Shown piece after piece: positions 59,141 to 64,000 of a stretch of DNA of 64,000 nt (position 1 is its first letter; every line of letters starts with the position of its first letter). This stretch comes from Amphiscolops sp. MND2022. Lineage: Eukaryota. Under the pieces are notes generated by a model that was not told the origin of the DNA, did not search any database, and saw only the letters and a program-made list of their open reading frames with translations. Made by a program: the position numbers and the translations under genes. The stretch lies in contig OZ076409.1 in assembly GCA_964187785.1 (NCBI GenBank), forward strand, positions 91,390,001-91,454,000. The letters are read 5' to 3'.

Positions 59141-62100
59141 TTAAATCTTTCCATAAAATTGAGCAGCGATTTCTTCTTTGGGAAGTAAATTGAGTCGACT
59201 CATTTCTGCTTTCAAACGACTTTTCTCCACCTCCCCGGTTGGAACTCTGAAACAATACGGGCAATCCAGAAAAAAAATTAAAAGATAATCCAGGAAAAAG
59301 ATAAAAAGATAATCCAGGAAAACGATACTGTTTCTCAAAGTTTGAAGCTTACATTAAAATATTTGTGTGATAAAAATGTGAAGACTTCATGCAAAAATTG
59401 TTGTTCAATCAATAAGTTTTTCCTAATATTGGAACTTTTTTTGTGTTTCTTTCCCTAAACCACTCCTCGTATCAACTGAAGCTCATAAAAAAGTCTTTAA
59501 ACATTGAAATACATTTCAGTGTTTATCAACTAGCAAAATTCATCACTTCATTGGAATATGCATATCAAGGAGAGCTGAAAAAATCTATGAGAAAATTATT
59601 GATCAATTTTGAAAGACAAATAGATGTTTTTGCCCAATAACCTGGAGTAGTTTTCGTGGGGAGTGAATTTCTGGGTGGGCATGACTGGTCTATAGGCGAG
59701 GTTGGAAACTTTTCCCATGTTGCGGGAGGCGTCTGTTTCCGGGTGAGTCATGTTCCATAGGAAGTTCTGATGCTTCTCCACACACAGGTAGCACTTGATT
59801 ATATTCTCGCCTAAAATGTCCACAAATTGCAACATTATTCCAGAAGTTTTCAAAGATGGCTTTTGAAAAAACGTTCATTTCTACACCATATTTGCAGCCA
59901 AGTGGTCAAGCAATGGTCTAATTGAAGATGTGGTTTCAAAGTGACTTGCTCAAGGTCACCAAAGTCTGACTGCTCACCGTTGATTTTTTGTTTTTGCTTT
60001 TCTCTGCCAAATGAATTAGTTTTTGTCATTGACCATACCACTAAGCTAGGGATGAAGCATTTGCTAAAGGCCCAACAATGGTGAGTCGAGAGAGATTCGA
60101 ACGTGATACTACACCAGTAAAGACCGAATGTTCTAACCACTAAACCACGTTTCCCTTTGATATAGCACCAATAGCTACATCCATCTATAGTCTGCATCGA
60201 CCTCTTAAAAATCCATCCACCGACTTCGGCAGTGTCTTAATATTAATATGCATTCCGCCTCTGCTCTTTGACTAGTAATTTGTTTTTCCGTTTTTATCGA
60301 TAGACAAACGCCTCATTCATTAAAAATCTCTAACGGAGGTATATCTCTTCACCTCATAAGCATTGTTGCATTTTTACATGACTTTTACATGATTCGTGCC
60401 TGTCCATTCAATGTGAATATAGAAACAAGACACCCGCTATGCAGCCGGATATTTTCCGCCTTCAATTGGCTAACAATAGACATTTAATCGAAAATTTCTT
60501 TCTTTCCAAAACCTTTTTAGTAAAACGCAATATTAAATACTAGTAACTAAAATAGTCAAGCCACTTAGTTTCTTCACTTAGTTACTTGACTTATTTACCT
60601 AGTTACTTAATTACTTGACTATTTTAGTTTCTTGACTATTTTAGAAGGATATCGTGGAGATTTGGCAGAATTTGGAAAAAAACGCAACACAGATTATGAT
60701 TTTCCTCCCCCATTATATGTGGGCAGAAAATAACAAAAAGTGGAGTAAAAAGTTGAGAAAAAAGCGGGTTATAATTTTCCTCCCCCATACACAAATGAAT
60801 TTGTGGGATCGGAAATTAACAAAAGTTCCTCACATGCTTTTTGGATTGACACTGGGTGACCTTTCACCTTGGCACAGTCGACAGGGAGGTCTCCGGCACT
60901 GTTTCTCATAGCGAGGCCTCCCCTGTGTTGCAGACAACAGTTGAAGCTCTCCGGTTTCCCGTGGGCAGCACTCAAGTGTGTAGGGGTGTTTCCATCACCT
61001 AGGTATAAGAAGAAGTTGCTCCCCGGATCGGGATCCCAGGGCAGCCCATACATGAGCCATCGATGGGCCATTGACATGGCCGCCGACCTTTTTACCATGG
61101 GCCATCGATGGACCATCGATGGTACCAGGCTGAGCTCCCATTGATGGACCATCGCGCTGTTGGATCGATCATGCACGATGTTGAAAAAACAAGCCGGGAA
61201 CCCCGCTTAAGCCTCAAAAGAACTTCAAAGAGCCAAGAATTCTCTTTCGAAACAATTTCACAGTACAGGAAAACCCAAAGGACTTTTTCGAAGGAGGGAG
61301 TATCATCTTCGAACCTCCGCACCTTCTTTAGTACAACGCAATTTACTTCGGGTATAACGTCAAAATTCGGATATAGCGCAAACTTTTGAACCTCTTCCTA
61401 AAACAATTAACTTCAGATATAACGTAGAAATTTCGGATATAGCGCAATATTTTCCCAAGTAGAAACTACAACTGTTATAGTTCAGTTCCCTGGGCCAAAT
61501 GGTACAATTTGGCTCTTTAAAATTTTATAGATCTTTTCGCAAAACTTTTTGGTCGGTTCGTGTGGATTGAAACGAAAAAGAAGAGCAACTATTATATTCG
61601 CGTTTCACTTCATGAAGCGCCGACTAAAAATGAAGGAAATAATATTTATTTACAACCAAATAAGCGACCTTTTGATGCATATTCCTCCAAGTTCTATAGA
61701 CTTCATGGCAAGATTTTAAAAACAATGCATTACTCAAATGGTAAGTACAAAATGGAAAACTTTCTTCCCACCAATAAAATTATTTGACAAAGCCATAGAT
61801 TTTGATGTGAGGAAAACTGATGCTCATACGCAGATGGATATTGAAACACAATTTTTTTAAGAAATATAGTTTTTGATGTGGTTCTTACTGTCTGGGATGT
61901 TGGCAGCATCGTAGTTCTCCAGGATCCAGTGAAGACATTCTAGTGATCCATGCACCGCAGCCTGTAACATTGTTAAAATGATGTTATAAAAGTCTTTCAC
62001 AATTTTTGTAACTTTCTTCCAAAATTTTGAAGTATTCTCTGCATTCTCTCAACTAAAAATTTTCAATTTAACGTGTTCTATCTGTCAAAGAACATATACC

Positions 62101-62738
62101 TTTTCAAAATCTCAATGGGGTGAATGTTTATACGCGTATAAACATTCACCCCATTGAGATTTTGAGAAGTTATATGTTCTTTGACAGATAGAAAACGTTA
62201 AATTGGAAATTTCTCGCGAGAACTCCATGCTAAACTTTGTTCCTTCAAGGGATTTTTTAGGATTTTGTAGTTCAATAGCAACTTCTAAATTCGGGAGTCT
62301 CATAGATCTTCTTGCTTCCTAATCTTTTTTTTAAAAATTAGTAAACTGATTTGGAAGTTTTTCCAAAGTGCATGGATGCGCTTTATGCATTTTACAAACT
62401 GCTTGGAAGTTTTACAAAATTTTTGCATGCATGCTCCCTGAATTTTCTAGTGTTTTAACTAGCCTCCATATTTCCATGCAACATGTAAAACGTTAAAGCA
62501 ATCTCGACTAGTGAACTTCCAACTTCAGGTGTCTTACCAAGTGAGCAGTGTTTCTTCCCCGTTTGTCTGAAGCGTGCCATTCGCATTTGGCTTTTCTCAC
62601 GAGGGCTCTCAGACACCTGAGTTGATTGTGCGCAGCTGCCAAGTGCACCGGCTGTTGGCCCAAGTTGTCTTTCTCCCGGATGTCGACATCTTGAGATATC
62701 AGCAGACTCAATGCTTCCAAAGCTGAAGCACAAACACG
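59141..62738 (-). CDS. host ankyrin-repeat protein, 3' exons (62538-62738, 61889-61961, 60834-60998, 59642-59810, 59141-59246)
   Basis: Phase-compatible GT-AG exons give DNLGQQPVHLAAAHNQLRCL...DKRGRNTAHL|AAVHGSLECLHWIL...PD|SDGNTPTHLSAAHGKPES...NSAGDLPVDCAKVKGH. The 5' exons (possibly ~63099-63203) are not resolved. Confidence 0.8.
61035..61163. repeat. small intronic MITE-like element with CCATCGATGG repeats
   Basis: Several copies of the palindrome CCATCGATGG between CCCAGGGCAGC and GCTGTTGG ends. Confidence 0.45.
62058..62211. repeat. ~150-bp near-perfect palindrome in an intron of the ankyrin gene
   Basis: Symmetric about ...TTTATACG|CGTATAAA... (62134/62135) with few mismatches and no loop. 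Confidence 0.9.
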
Positions 62739-64000
62739 CTGAGTTTTATCGTCAGAATTTTCATTTTTTTCTTTTACATTGTAGGACGTTAAAAAAATTC
62801 GCAACGACAATCAAAATTGTTTTTCAAACTCAGCTTGTTTTTATCATTTTGATACGAATTGGCTAACTCCCAAATTGAATATTCAAAATTAACAAAAAAA
62901 GAAATTAAATGTTAGCAGAAGTGGTAAAGCAAGCAGTAGATGTGGTAGAAAGGACGAAATTGCTGACTACCATAGCTGGAAAGTTTCAATCTCATTCAAC
63001 AAAACAGTGTCTCACGGAAGGTTTACGTCGAATGTCGAACTGTAAATCTAAATTAAAATGTCCATCTTAATGAACTATGGTAGACATCACAACCTTACCT
63101 CTGTTCTGATTGCAGCATTTGATTGTAGGTTTCAACCTTAGACACTGTGTTCATTTTCAAGAATTTTCTAAGTTGTCGCAGGCTGCCTCCTGCGATATTT
63201 ATCTGTCTTATTGGACCTTCGGTCCACCAGAATACAGCAATATACTGATTGCCTATTTAAACCAATTTGCGACCGACAGTCAAACAGACTACAGCGAAAT
63301 ACTGATACGTATTTGAACGAATTTGGGACAGACAGTCAATCAGACTACATCGAACAAACTGAAACACTTATTTTTAGTCAGGAAAGATTAGTTTTATGGT
63401 TTTATAATAATGTTCACATGTAAAGGAATACTTCTTTTAACTGTGTTGAATAACGATGCTGCGCATGTAAGGAATTTGAATAATATGCAGTGCTACTTGA
63501 CGTAAAATGCGTTTAACTGGTACTTTGCTCTAGTCTAGCTGACGCATGGTCCAAATCCAATTATTGACCGATCAAAGCGTTGCTAGTATTATTGCTGTAG
63601 TAAAACGGACCATCGGTCCACTATACTGTTTTAGTTCGCTGTTTGATGTCTCATTTACTGGATGTAAAGTAAACAAATCAGGACTGTCAGTTTGAAGTAA
63701 CAAGACGCGCCGCCTTTTCCCTTTCTGTCGTTTCCAGACCTTTCTTTTGATGTTCATACTGATGCTATTTTTAACCCTTTCAAGACATCACGTAATAATG
63801 ATGACATTTTAATGCTATTTTTAACACGATGATTATCAGTAAATTGAGTGCCATGGAAAATGTAGTATATATAGCTGATCCCCACTGTCCACAAGACAAT
63901 AATCCTGATGAAGTTGCTACAATTGAATTGTTTTCATCCATCTTTTCTGAAGTTCTGACGAGTTGTTATACTTATAGTCCTCAATAATTCATGCTTAAAA

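Noticed and set aside
57400..60030. Inverted similarity between ~57400-57530 and ~59895-60030 as ends of one element
   Set aside because: The copies are diverged, have no TSD and enclose host exons. They are more simply two copies of a dispersed repeat.

Overview
This is eukaryotic (probably invertebrate animal) genomic DNA, AT-rich, with one 200-N assembly gap at 44444-44643. About 60% of the window is three related but strongly diverged, unusually large Ty3/Gypsy LTR retrotransposons. Element A (minus strand, <1-11093) has its 3' end outside the window. Element B (minus, 28529-44357) is complete with a TGTAC target-site duplication but is pseudogenised. Element C (plus, <=44644-56839) has intact gag and pol and near-identical LTRs. 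Shared architecture: (i) gag starts inside the LTR and reads through the tRNA primer-binding site; (ii) pol is reached by a -1 frameshift at AAAAAAC and carries a dUTPase-like relic and a C-terminal YNLRP motif; (iii) a large spliced accessory gene lies antisense downstream of pol, with intron positions conserved between A and B and an internal deletion in C; (iv) in B and C a second accessory ORF lies next to the 3' LTR and, in B, demonstrably runs across the PPT into it; (v) each element is decorated with its own spaced dimeric DNA motif (A: GACG-N7-GACG, B: GACC-N3-GGTC, C: GGCC-N6-GGCC). Together these suggest a retrotransposon-encoded, lineage-specific DNA-binding regulator/operator system; this is inference. 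The rest of the window holds MITEs and foldback elements, a truncated LINE inside a ~187-bp tandem repeat, two local duplications and a spliced host ankyrin-repeat gene (minus, ~59.1-62.7 kb).
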